A stretch of 64,000 nt of DNA from positions 679,413-743,412 of the forward strand of contig CAVXCV010000002.1 in assembly GCA_963760405.1 (NCBI GenBank). The letters are read 5' to 3'. Shown here in pieces: positions 38,524 to 51,344 of the stretch. The position numbers and the translations under genes were made by a program. This DNA comes from an uncultured Actinomycetes bacterium (lineage in GTDB: Bacteria > Actinomycetota > Actinomycetes > Streptosporangiales > Streptosporangiaceae). The notes under the pieces were generated by a model, which made no database searches, was not told the DNA's origin, and saw nothing but the letters and a program-made list of their open reading frames with translations. Every line of letters starts with the position of its first letter. Position 1 is the stretch's first letter.

Positions 38524-40067
38524 GCCCGGTCCTCCCGGCCTAGGCCCGCCCGGTCCAGCCCACGGGCCTGGTCGAGCAGGGGGCCGTGCCGATCCCGGAG
38601 CGCTGCCTCCACGGCGGCTGCCACCCGGTAGACCCGGTCGTCGGCCAGCACCGGGGCCATGATCTGCAGGCCCACCGGCAGGCCGTCTTCGGCCGCCAGC
38701 CCGCACGGCAGGGACAGCGCCGCGTTCCCGGCCAGGTTCGACGGGATCGTGCACAGGTCAGCCAGGTACATCGCCATCGGGTCGTCGGCCCGCTCCCCGA
38801 TGAGGAAAGCGGTGGTCGGCGTGGTTGGCGACACCAGCACGTCCACCTGCTCGAACGCGGCCTCGAAATCCCTGGTGATGAGGGTCCGCACCTGCTGGGC
38901 CTTGCCGTAGTAGGCGTCGTAGTAGCCGCTGGACAAGGCGTACGTGCCGAGCATGATCCGCCGTTTCACCTCGGCGCCGAAGCCCTCCGCGCGGGTCAGC
39001 GACATGACCTCGTCCGCGCTGCGGGTGCCGTCGTCGCCGACCCGGAGCCCATACCGCATGCCGTCGAAACGGGCCAGGTTAGACGAGCATTCGCTGGGCG
39101 CGATCAGGTAGTACGCGGGCAGCGCGTAGGTGAAGTGCGGGCAGGACACCTCGACGATCTTGGCGCCCAGCGCCTCCAGCAGCTCGACCGCCTCACTGAA
39201 CCTGGCCAGCACGCCCGGCTGGTAGCCGTCCCCGGACAGTTCCGGCACCACGCCGATGCGCAGCCCGCTGACGTCGGCCTGCCGGGCCGCGGCCACCACC
39301 GGCGGTACCGGGGCGTCCACTGACGTCGAATCGCACGGGTCATGCCCGGAGATCGCCTCGTGCAGCAGGGCCGCGTCCAGTACCGTGCGGGCCAGCGGCC
39401 CCGGGGTGTCCAGCGATGAGGCGAACGCGACCAGGCCGTACCGGGACGAGCCACCGTAGGTCGGCTTGACCCCGACGATGCCGCAGACCGAGGCGGGCTG
39501 CCGGATCGAGCCCCCGGTGTCGGTGCCGATGCCGAGCGGCGCCTCGAACCCGGCCACTGCCGCAGCCGAGCCGCCCGAGGAGCCGCCGGGTACCCGGGCC
39601 AGGTCCCACGGGTTGCGGGACGGCCCGAAGGCAGAGTTCTCGGTGGATGAGCCCATGGCGAACTCATCCATGTTGGCCTTGCCGAGGATCACCACCCCGG
39701 CCTGGCGGAGCCGCCGGGTCACGGTCGCGTCGTAGGGCGGCTGCCAGCCGTCCAGGATGCGCGAAGCGCAGGTGGTGGGCATGTCGGTGGTGGTGAACAC
39801 ATCTTTGAGCGCGAGCGGGACGCCAGCCAGCGTCCCGAGCGGCTCGCCCGCGGCGCGGCGCTCGTCCACCGCGCGCGCCGCAGCCCGCGCGGAGTCCGCC
39901 GCCACGTGCAGGAACGCATGCAGGTGCTGGTCGGCCGCGGCGATCCGGGCCAGGTGCGCGTCGGTGACCTCGGCCGCAGACACCTCCCCGGCCGCGATCA
40001 CCGCGGCCAGGTCAGCCGCGGTCATCCGGGTCAGCTCACCCGGAGTGCTGTCGGCAGGCATGATCAA
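38520..40067 (-). CDS. gatA: Asp-tRNA(Asn)/Glu-tRNA(Gln) amidotransferase subunit A
   Basis: Amidase signature [12 protein letters not shown] and the operon position. Confidence 0.95.
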   Translation of the reverse strand: MIMPADSTPGELTRMTAADLAAVIAAGEVSAAEVTDAHLARIAAADQHLHAFLHVAADSARAAARAVDERRAAGEPLGTLAGVPLALKDVFTTTDMPTTCASRILDGWQPPYDATVTRRLRQAGVVILGKANMDEFAMGSSTENSAFGPSRNPWDLARVPGGSSGGSAAAVAGFEAPLGIGTDTGGSIRQPASVCGIVGVKPTYGGSSRYGLVAFASSLDTPGPLARTVLDAALLHEAISGHDPCDSTSVDAPVPPVVAAARQADVSGLRIGVVPELSGDGYQPGVLARFSEAVELLEALGAKIVEVSCPHFTYALPAYYLIAPSECSSNLARFDGMRYGLRVGDDGTRSADEVMSLTRAEGFGAEVKRRIMLGTYALSSGYYDAYYGKAQQVRTLITRDFEAAFEQVDVLVSPTTPTTAFLIGERADDPMAMYLADLCTIPSNLAGNAALSLPCGLAAEDGLPVGLQIMAPVLADDRVYRVAAAVEAALRDRHGPLLDQARGLDRAGLGREDRA

Positions 40068-40357
40068 TCCTCGGCCAGGATGCGGGGAACACGGAAGCGC
40101 TGCTGCTCCACGGCGGGCGCCTGGGACAGCACCTGCTCCGGGGTCAGCGGCGGGACCTCGATGTCGTCCCGGAAGACGTTGGTCAGCGGCACTGCATGCG
40201 AGGTGGGCGGAATCCCCTCGGCGGCCACTTCCTGGACCCGGGCCACGGCCGAGATGATCTGGTCGAGCTGAGCCGCGAAATGATCGAGTTCTTCCTCGCC
40301 GAGAGCCAGCCGGGACAGCCGGGCCAGGTGGGCCACTTCCGTGCGGGCGATGGACAT
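40064..40357 (-). CDS. gatC: Asp-tRNA(Asn)/Glu-tRNA(Gln) amidotransferase subunit C
   Basis: [38 protein letters not shown] at 40357, with an alternative at 40366. Confidence 0.9.
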   Translation of the reverse strand: MSIARTEVAHLARLSRLALGEEELDHFAAQLDQIISAVARVQEVAAEGIPPTSHAVPLTNVFRDDIEVPPLTPEQVLSQAPAVEQQRFRVPRILAED

Positions 40358-40482
40358 GCCTGCCATCCTAGGGCGTGTCTCAGGCCGGGCCGACGGGGTT
40401 ATCCGCAGGCTGCTGGCCACGAGCACGGGCCGCGCCGGGGGCTGGGCACGGCCAGGGCCAGGGCGCTGGCCACGGACGGGTG

Positions 40483-42651
40483 CTACCGGTCACCTATTCC
40501 GGCCGCGGGGTAGGTGACCGGGCTCCCGGCTGGCGCAGGCCGGGCTAAGGCGGTCACGACGGGGGCGGGCACAGTGGGGGCGGGCCCGGCGCGGGCGGGC
40601 ACGGCCGCCGCCAGGCGGGGCGGCCCGGCGGCCCCGCCGCTGGTCAGCCAGGCCGTGGCCGCGGTCGGGTGCAGCGGCGGGCTGAGCTGCCGGCCCTGGG
40701 CCGCGTCGCAGCCCATCGCCTGCAGCGCAGCGGCCACCTCCACGGTTTCCACCCCCTTGGCCACGGACCGGATGCCGAAGCCGCGAGCCAGGTCGACCAG
40801 GGACTTAACGATCATCTCGCTGTGCCTGCTGTCCGCCAGGGTGGTGACGAACGACGAGTCGATCTTGATCTCCTGTACCGGCATCTGCTTCAGCCGGGCC
40901 AGCGAGCCGTAACCGGTACCGAAGTCATCGAGGCTCAGCCCGACACCGACGGCCCGCAGCGCGGCCATTCCCGCCGCAATGTCCGCGCCCGCGCCGGCCA
41001 GCCGCTGCTCGCTGATCTCGAGCAGCAGCACGTCCGGTGGCAGGCCGAGGGAACACAGCTCACCCTCGATCATCCGGGCCAGGCTGATGTCCAGCAGGTC
41101 CCGCGCGGACACGTTCACCGACAGCCGCACCGGCAGCCCGGACAGCCGCCATGCCGACGCCTGGGTCAGCGCCGTGTGCAGCACGTAGCTGGTCAGCTCG
41201 CGCATCAGGAAGGACTGCTCGGCCAGCGGGATGAACTCGGCCGCGCCGACCAGCCCGCGGCGTGGGTGACGCCACCGGACGAGTGCCTCCATGCCAGCGG
41301 TGTGCCCATCCCGCAGGCAGATCGTGGGCTGGTAGTGCAGCTCGAACTCGCCCTGGTCGATGCCCCGGCGCAGGTCACCGAGCAGGGACAGCCGGGCCGG
41401 TGAATGGCGGTCCGAGCACGCCACGTAGTGCTCGACCCCGCTGTGCCGCTCCTTGGCCAGGTACATGGCCACGTCGGCGCGCTGCAGCAGGACCTCCACC
41501 GAGTCCGCGTCGTCCGGATACAGGGCCAGCCCGACGCTCGCTTCGACCTCGACCGACACGCCCTCCAGCCGGACTGGCTCGGCCAGCGCGGCGCGCAGCC
41601 GGGTGGCGACTTCGCGGGCGGCATCCGCCGAGCGCACGGTGGGGAGCAGGACGGCGAATTCGTCCCCGCCCAGCCGGGCCACCATGTCCCCGGGCCGGAC
41701 GCTGCGGCTGAGCCGGTGCCCGACCACTCGCAGCAGCCCGTCGCCGATAGGGTGCCCGAGGGTGTCGTTGACCTCCTTGAACCGGTCCAGGTCGAGCAGC
41801 AGGAACCCAGTCGTGCGGCCGGTCCGGGCGGCCCCCGCGAGCGCCTCGCCGGTCCGGCGCAGCAGCTGGGCCCGGTTGGGCAGGCCGGTCAGCTCATCGT
41901 GCAGTGCCTGATGCTCCCGCTTCATGGAGATGGCCGCGTTCACGTAGACGGCGGCGAGCGGCAGCAGGAACAGCGCCACGAGCAGGACGGACCGGTTCAT
42001 CACCACGACCACCAGCGGTGCGGCGGACAGCAGCACCAGGTCGGTGAAGGCCTGGGACGGCAGAGCCCGGCGCAGGGTGGCCAGCAGCGGGGCCCGCTCG
42101 TGCAGCGCCAGGGCCACCCCGGCCAGCAGGAAGTGACAGGCGAAAAAGGCCGCGGCGGCCAGGGCTACGGTGCCCAGATCGCGGCCGGACAGCACCCAGG
42201 GCCGCAGTGGCTCCGGATGGAGGCCGGCCACCGCGAGCACGGCCGCGGCCGCGGCCAGGCTCAGCGTGAACTGGGCCGCGTCAGCCGCGGCCCGGAACGC
42301 TGGCTTGCGCCCCGCCAGCGCGAAGATCAGGGCGATGGCCGCTCGGAGCAGCACCGCTGCTGGCAACCCCCAGTAGAGCAGCGCGGCAAAGCAGAAGGTG
42401 AGCGAGGCGGCACCGGAATCGGGCAGTGCCCGCGCGGGCAGCACCACGGGCTTGGCTTCACCGATGAGGGCCACCGCCGCGATGACCCAGAACAGCTCAC
42501 CGCCCGCTATTCCCGCCACCCCGGAAGCGGGCAGGCCGCGCATGGCCGCCAGCAGGGCACACAGGCCCGCCGCAGTGACAACTGCGAGGTAGATCCACAG
42601 CGGGGACCCGATCCGCGGACCGATGTCCCTGCCGGTGCTCAGGTCCTTCAT
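40483..42651 (-). CDS. membrane-bound GGDEF-EAL protein (both domains apparently intact)
   Basis: About 250 aa of TM helices. [43 protein letters not shown] and KGVE. ATG at 42651 preceded by GAGGA. Confidence 0.85.
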   Translation of the reverse strand: MKDLSTGRDIGPRIGSPLWIYLAVVTAAGLCALLAAMRGLPASGVAGIAGGELFWVIAAVALIGEAKPVVLPARALPDSGAASLTFCFAALLYWGLPAAVLLRAAIALIFALAGRKPAFRAAADAAQFTLSLAAAAAVLAVAGLHPEPLRPWVLSGRDLGTVALAAAAFFACHFLLAGVALALHERAPLLATLRRALPSQAFTDLVLLSAAPLVVVVMNRSVLLVALFLLPLAAVYVNAAISMKREHQALHDELTGLPNRAQLLRRTGEALAGAARTGRTTGFLLLDLDRFKEVNDTLGHPIGDGLLRVVGHRLSRSVRPGDMVARLGGDEFAVLLPTVRSADAAREVATRLRAALAEPVRLEGVSVEVEASVGLALYPDDADSVEVLLQRADVAMYLAKERHSGVEHYVACSDRHSPARLSLLGDLRRGIDQGEFELHYQPTICLRDGHTAGMEALVRWRHPRRGLVGAAEFIPLAEQSFLMRELTSYVLHTALTQASAWRLSGLPVRLSVNVSARDLLDISLARMIEGELCSLGLPPDVLLLEISEQRLAGAGADIAAGMAALRAVGVGLSLDDFGTGYGSLARLKQMPVQEIKIDSSFVTTLADSRHSEMIVKSLVDLARGFGIRSVAKGVETVEVAAALQAMGCDAAQGRQLSPPLHPTAATAWLTSGGAAGPPRLAAAVPARAGPAPTVPAPVVTALARPAPAGSPVTYPAAGIGDR

Positions 42652-42838
42652 GGCGTCCTCGCGGGCGGCCAGCCGGTGGATACACACGTTCTCATGAGCA
42701 GGGTACGGCCAAAGCCCGTACTTCGCGAAGCCAATCGCACACTATCCGTTACAGCCCGGCGATCAACGGTTCAGTTTCCGCAGGTCAAGAGCATGAAGCA
42801 GATCTGAAGCGCCCCCGGGGCGGCCAGGTCTGGCCGCA

Positions 42839-46413
<3,575 letters not shown>

Positions 46414-46493
46414 TGGTGCGGCGCAGAGGTCCCCCGCTAGCAGGCCGGCCCGGTTCCCGCCCCCGGTCGCCCGGGCCGGCCTGGCTGGTGCGG

Positions 46494-46718
46494 CTAGACG
46501 TACAGGTCCGGGCGCTGGTCCACCAGCTGCGGGACATCACTCCGCTGGCGGACGTACAGGCCGGTGAGCAGCCGGGCCCCCTCGCTGGTCCGGCCCGGCG
46601 CCTGGCGGGTCAGCGAGAACGCCCGCTCCTCCCGGCGGATCCCGGAAGAAACGACCAGCATCGCTGCTATCACGGCCCCGGCAACGGCTCCGACGACGAA
46701 GATGATCAGTACGGCCAT
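46494..46718 (-). CDS. small single-pass membrane protein (74 aa)
   Basis: MAVLIIFVVGAVAGAVIAAMLVV TM helix. Strong SD (GGAAGGAAGGGGA) upstream of the ATG. Confidence 0.5.
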   Translation of the reverse strand: MAVLIIFVVGAVAGAVIAAMLVVSSGIRREERAFSLTRQAPGRTSEGARLLTGLYVRQRSDVPQLVDQRPDLYV

Positions 46719-46857
46719 GGGGGGTCCCCTTCCTTCCGGCCCTGCGGTGCGGGGTGCGCGCCGCTCGATCGTGGCCCGATCCCGGTACAGGTGGCCGGGG
46801 CCAGACCAATGTTGTGAATGATGTGGGACGTTTGGGCAAACCCAAGGGGGGGAGCAG

Positions 46858-46908
46858 CTAGGCTCAGCCCCATGTTTCTTGCCATCCCAGTCATCCCAAC
46901 CTTATGGT
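46858..46908. repeat. copy 1 of a duplicated ~50-nt intergenic element
   Basis: CTAGGCTCAGCCCCATgtttCTTGCCATCCCAGTCATCCCAACCTTaTGGT, about 47/51 identical to 47291-47340. Confidence 0.75.
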
Positions 46909-46946
46909 GTTGTCAGCTATATACCGGGGAGCGCTGGCCGGTAAAC

Positions 46947-47153
46947 TCAGCTGGGCCTAAATATTTGGATGGCTCGGATGGCAGGGAGTGTTCGGCCAGG
47001 TCCAGCCAGCCCAGCCATCAGACTGGTTGGGATATCTAGCGGAACCGGGCCCGGGAGCGGCGGGCGGCAGGCGCCCCCCGCCCAGGCGACGACCATGGCC
47101 AGGGAGTTCGCTGTGACGAAGATCACTAACGCGGCGGAGGCGATGGTCGCCAT
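46947..47153 (-). CDS. possible small membrane protein (68 aa)
   Basis: MATIASAALVIFVTANSLAMVVAWAGG hydrophobic start with SD AAGGGA 8 nt upstream. Codon bias weakens in the second half, so confidence is low. Confidence 0.3.
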   Translation of the reverse strand: MATIASAALVIFVTANSLAMVVAWAGGACRPPLPGPVPLDIPTSLMAGLAGPGRTLPAIRAIQIFRPS

Positions 47154-47290
47154 GGTGAATTCCCTTAACTGCGAACCTGCGGCGGTAGCCGCCACGTGCT
47201 GCGACCTGCCTGTTGATCCCGGAGATGACGGGGTTACCGGAACGTTAGGAGCTAGTTGGCCGATCCCAGTGCACCCATGCAGTCCTACTG

Positions 47291-47340
47291 CTAGGCTCAG
47301 CCCCATCGATCTTGCCATCCCAGTCATCCCAACCTTTGGT
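47291..47340. repeat. copy 2 of the duplicated ~50-nt intergenic element
   Basis: CTAGGCTCAGCCCCATcgatCTTGCCATCCCAGTCATCCCAACCTTtTGGT. Confidence 0.75.
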
Positions 47341-47355
47341 ATAATCCTGTTATAC
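47337..47355 (+). promoter_or_regulatory. extended -10 promoter overlapping a palindromic GntR-type operator
   Basis: TGgTATAAT (47337-47345). Palindrome GTATAA-tcctg-TTATAC (47339-47355). Lies about 120 nt upstream of the GntR start. Confidence 0.4.
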
Positions 47356-47477
47356 TCCGTTGAAGGCGGGGAGGCTAGTGAATATCCGGAGTGTTCTGAT
47401 GACACGGCTGGCAGGAATGATCCTCTTCACCCCGGCAGGCCCTATCGTTAGGGTGATTGGGATCTTTGGGAGGTGTC

Positions 47478-48341
47478 ATGGCTGAACCCATGTACCGGCA
47501 GATCGCTGAGGACCTGCGCCGCCAGATCGAGAACGGCGACCTCCCGCCAGGGGCCCAGCTCCGGACCGAGCTGGAACTCCGGGAGAAGTACGATGCGTCG
47601 CGCAACACCGTGCGGGACGCGGTCAAGTGGCTCATCACCCGGGGCCTCGTCGAGACCCGCCCCGGCCAGGGCACCTTTGTCCCGGTGCGGATCGACCCCT
47701 TCGTTACCCCCTTGTCGCCCACCACCACCGACCTGGAGATGGTCTTCGGCGTGGAAGGCGCCGCCTACGGGTCGGAGGTCAAGGCCCGGCTGCGAAAGCC
47801 CAGCACCACCGATCCGCGGGTAGAGGTACAGGCGGCAGCGGCAGAGCTGACGCCGGAACTGCAACTACCTGAGGGGACTCCCATCGTCAGCCGTCACCAG
47901 TTGCGGTCTATCGATGACAGCCCCTGGTCCTTGCAGACCTCGTTCTACCCGATGGCACTCGTGGAGGGCGGGGCGTCCGCCTTGCTGCGTGCCGCCAACA
48001 TCAAAGATGGTGCCGTCTCCTACCTCAGCGAGAAGGGCACCAAGCTGATGGGCTGGCGGGACAAGGTCAAGGTCCGCACGCCCAACCAGACCGAGGCAAC
48101 CGTGTTCGGGCTGCCCGACGACGGCCGGGTCGCGGTCATCGAGACGCGCCGCACGGGCTACGACGAAGAGGGAACGCCTTTTGTCCTGACGGTCAGCGTC
48201 TACCCGGCTGACCGGAACGAGTTCGTGATCGACGTAGGCCAGGTGCCCCCCGAGGCACCAGGCCCCGCCCCGGGCACCGGCCAGACCGCGGTATCCGGGC
48301 CAGTACGGCCAGCAGGATCAGTTACGGACGAACCCGGCTGA
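47478..48341 (+). CDS. GntR family transcriptional regulator (HutC subfamily, UTRA effector domain)
   Basis: MAEPMYRQIAEDLRRQIENGDLPPGAQLRTELELREKYDASRNTVRDAVKWLITRGLVETRPGQGTFV. ATG at 47478 preceded by GGGAGG. Confidence 0.9.
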   Translation: MAEPMYRQIAEDLRRQIENGDLPPGAQLRTELELREKYDASRNTVRDAVKWLITRGLVETRPGQGTFVPVRIDPFVTPLSPTTTDLEMVFGVEGAAYGSEVKARLRKPSTTDPRVEVQAAAAELTPELQLPEGTPIVSRHQLRSIDDSPWSLQTSFYPMALVEGGASALLRAANIKDGAVSYLSEKGTKLMGWRDKVKVRTPNQTEATVFGLPDDGRVAVIETRRTGYDEEGTPFVLTVSVYPADRNEFVIDVGQVPPEAPGPAPGTGQTAVSGPVRPAGSVTDEPG

Positions 48342-48926
48342 CCGGTCCCATCCGGCCCGGCGGCAGGTGCCGCTGGGCCGGTCCAGCACGGAATTTCAGA
48401 CTCCCGTGGCTCCTCCGCAAGGGACCACGGGACAGGGCTTCAGACCCTGGCGCGTCTGGTTTACGCCGGATGCGTAAAGCGGACTTGAGCGAGCAGTGGA
48501 GGAGGTGTCATGTCCAAGCGTCACGGCCGGCCTTCGGCCCAGTACCGATACGAGCACTACGACCCACGCCTCGGGGAGTAGCGCCCTCTCGCAGTGATAT
48601 GCGCTCAACTCTTCGGGGGCGGCAACGGCCTGGCCGCTACCGTCCCGGCAGGCGAGCGATGCACGGCTTGCGTGCCGCGCCGCCGACGCTGTCGTCATGC
48701 CTCGTCAGCCGCACAGCGTCGGCAGCGGAACTGAAAGCTAGCAGACCGGTGAGCCGGTCGTGGCCAGAAGACAATCCTGCGCTAGGAGATTTGCCTGGTT
48801 ACGGCCGTGCCGGTAGTACATTTCCCGGGCTGGTGTGACGTTTGCCACAGCCATCCATGGCGCTGCCCGCGACTGCCCGTAGTTCTCAGGTGCCAGAAAC
48901 GGCCATTCCGGGCAGAACATGGAACT

Positions 48927-49499
48927 ATGGGACACTCGCTGCTGAGGCTTCGTCGCGCCACGGTAAATGATCATGATTTGATTATCGGGCTCATCGACGA
49001 AGCCGCCGAGTGGCTACGGACCAAGAACACCGATCAGTGGGCTCAGCCGTGGCCCAGTCACGAGGATCGCAGCCACCGGATCCTGCGGGATCTCCGGGCC
49101 AGGAAGACATGGCTCGCGACGGACGGCAGCACCCCGGTAGCCACCGTGACCACGGATTCCGAGGACTCCCCGGTATGGCCGAAGGCCGTCCGGCACGAGC
49201 GGGCCGTGTATGTGTGCCGGCTCGTGGTCAGCCGGTCGCACGCGGGGCAGGGCCTGGGGTCCGCGTTGCTCGACTGGGCTGGGCTGCGCGCCAGGCAACG
49301 GTATGCCGCTCACTGGATCAGGGTGGATGTATGGACCACTAATTACGCGCTGCATTCCTATTACCGGCAGCAGGGATTTGAATTCTACGGGCTCAGCGAG
49401 GAATTGGTCGATTATCCATCTGCCGCGTTGTTCCAGAAGCGGACAGAACGGATCGGGCCCGCTATCGATCCGGTATTCCAGTTGATCCCGCTGGCGTAG
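48927..49499 (+). CDS. GNAT family N-acetyltransferase
   Basis: LRRATVNDHDLIIGLIDEA and the acetyl-CoA motif RSHAGQGLGSALLDWA. Start taken at the ATG at 48927. Confidence 0.85.
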   Translation: MGHSLLRLRRATVNDHDLIIGLIDEAAEWLRTKNTDQWAQPWPSHEDRSHRILRDLRARKTWLATDGSTPVATVTTDSEDSPVWPKAVRHERAVYVCRLVVSRSHAGQGLGSALLDWAGLRARQRYAAHWIRVDVWTTNYALHSYYRQQGFEFYGLSEELVDYPSAALFQKRTERIGPAIDPVFQLIPLA

Positions 49500-49518
49500 T
49501 ACCCAGCCCGCAGGCGCG

Positions 49519-49617
49519 GCAGGCTGAGCGGATGGTAGGGACCCGGCTGAGGGGATGGGGCAGGCTGGGGGGACGCGGCAGGCTGAGAGGACGCGGCGCG
49601 CTGAGGCGGGCGGCGGC
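49519..49617. repeat. degenerate ~18-nt tandem repeat downstream of the GNAT gene
   Basis: CAGGCTGAG(N)GGA(Y)G(G)-type units, about 5 copies. Confidence 0.5.
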
Positions 49618-50028
49618 AGCGCGATTCGCACCGCTACCCAGCGGGTAGTTTCGAGGCAAGTTATGGCGATGGTCGGTGGCGGTCGCGGCGGCCTGGGTCC
49701 CGGATGGGGCGCAGGCAGGTCGGCCCGTTGCGCGGCCCGCGGCGCGGCTAGCCGCGCTTCATGACCGGGCCTGGGCAGCCAGCGCCGGCCGCAGCAGGAA
49801 GACCAGCAGCGGGACCCGCCCCGGGAGGATCCCGGGCCGCAGGACACCGGGCTCCAGGACACGGGGCCCCTGGACACCGGGCCGCAGCCGCAAGCCGCCG
49901 CGCCGCGCCGCGCCCGCCTGACCCGGGACACCATCACCCGCCGCCTGATCTGGCTGGCCGTCCTGCTGGTCACCACCGCGATCTGCATCGGGACCGCGCT
50001 GCGGGTCGCCCCGCTGCAGACGGTCAGC

Positions 50029-51279
50029 GTGGCCGGGCAGGTCATCAGGGTGGGCGCGACCGGGCCGACGCTCAGCATCTCCGGTGCCGGTGAGGTCAAC
50101 CTGTTCGGCCAGAGCCTGCCCACCAACCTGCATTTTCTCGGCCCGGTACGGCCGCGTCTCCAGCTGACCCAGATCACGATCAACAGCCAGCTGACCAACT
50201 TCGTCCAGGGCTCCAGCCCGGCCGGAGCCGAGCGCGTCCTCGGCAACGCCCTGGCCAGCGGCTGGATGCACTACTTCAGCTGGGAAACCGCGCTCACCGC
50301 GCTGGGCGCGCTGCTCCTGCTCGGCGCGCTGGCCGGATGGCGGCGGCTGCCGCACCGGACCACGGTCAAGCTGCTCATCGGCGGCCTGGTCCTCACCGAG
50401 GCGGTCAACCTGGGCGCCATCATGATCACCGCGTATGGGGCGCCCGGCGCGCTGCGCCAGGTGCGTTCGCTGACCCAGCTGGTCGGGGATGAGCCACCGG
50501 TCCCGTCGGTGACCAAGGCGACCCGGGTGCCGCCCGGGGTGCAGGTGGTGGTGATCGGCGACTCGACCGCGTCGGGCGCCGGGCTGCCGCCGGTGCCCGA
50601 CGCGTCCCGGGTGGACCTGGAGTGCGGCCGCAGCTCCGACTCTTACGCCCAGGCCCTGGCCCAGGCCGACCACTGGTCGGTGATGAACCTGGCCTGTGAC
50701 AGCGCCACGATCGGCAACGGCCTGCTCGGGCCGGAAGGCCGGGGCGGGGATACCGTGCCGCCGCAGATCGACGCCGCCTCCGGCGCGCGGAACGCCCGGG
50801 CGGTCATCGTCAGCGTGGGCGCCGACGACCTGGGCTGGTCCTCCATGCTGCGGCTCTGCGCGGCCGCGCCGAGCTGCGACGACCGGGCCACAGCCGCCTA
50901 CTTCCAGCAGCAGCTCGCCGCCTTCAGCAAGAACTACCTGCAGCTGCTGAACGTGCTCGGCGCGCTGCCGGGTCACCCGCAGGTGATCATCAACCGCTAC
51001 TACGACCCGTTCAGCCTGAAGCTGACCTGCCTGCGCCCGACCGGGCTGACCATGCCCAAGCTGCGCACGCTCAGCTCCCGGCTAGCCACACTGAACGCGG
51101 TACTGGCCAAGGGTGCCGCTGACTTCGGCTTCACCTCGGTGCAGCCGAACTTCGCCGGGCACCAGATGTGCACCAAGCAGCCGTACGTGCAGGGGCTCGG
51201 CGACCCGGCGCCGTTCCACCCCACCGCGGCAGGCCAGCTCGCCATCGCCCTGGCCGACCAGGCGGTCCTGCATACCTGA
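50029..51279 (+). CDS. SGNH/GDSL hydrolase family protein (5' end unresolved)
   Basis: VVVIGDSTASGAG (GDS block), AVIVSVGADDLG and the DxxH-like DPAPFHPTAAG. The same frame is open upstream and encodes a TM helix (LIWLAVLLVTTAICIGTAL), but has no ATG/GTG/TTG. Confidence 0.8.
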   Translation: MAGQVIRVGATGPTLSISGAGEVNLFGQSLPTNLHFLGPVRPRLQLTQITINSQLTNFVQGSSPAGAERVLGNALASGWMHYFSWETALTALGALLLLGALAGWRRLPHRTTVKLLIGGLVLTEAVNLGAIMITAYGAPGALRQVRSLTQLVGDEPPVPSVTKATRVPPGVQVVVIGDSTASGAGLPPVPDASRVDLECGRSSDSYAQALAQADHWSVMNLACDSATIGNGLLGPEGRGGDTVPPQIDAASGARNARAVIVSVGADDLGWSSMLRLCAAAPSCDDRATAAYFQQQLAAFSKNYLQLLNVLGALPGHPQVIINRYYDPFSLKLTCLRPTGLTMPKLRTLSSRLATLNAVLAKGAADFGFTSVQPNFAGHQMCTKQPYVQGLGDPAPFHPTAAGQLAIALADQAVLHT

Positions 51280-51344
51280 CCGCCGCCGCGCCATCAGGCC
51301 CCGCAACGGGCACACCGCCCCGGCTGCTCCCCGGGCCAGGCCTA

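Noticed and set aside
46969-47451. 160-aa plus-strand ORF across the duplicated-element region
   Set aside because: It has poor codon bias, spans obvious promoter/repeat DNA and overlaps the better-supported minus-strand small ORF.
49014-50976. 410-aa and 405-aa minus-strand ORFs
   Set aside because: They overlap the GNAT and SGNH genes on the opposite strand and are low-complexity, Arg/Pro-rich translations.
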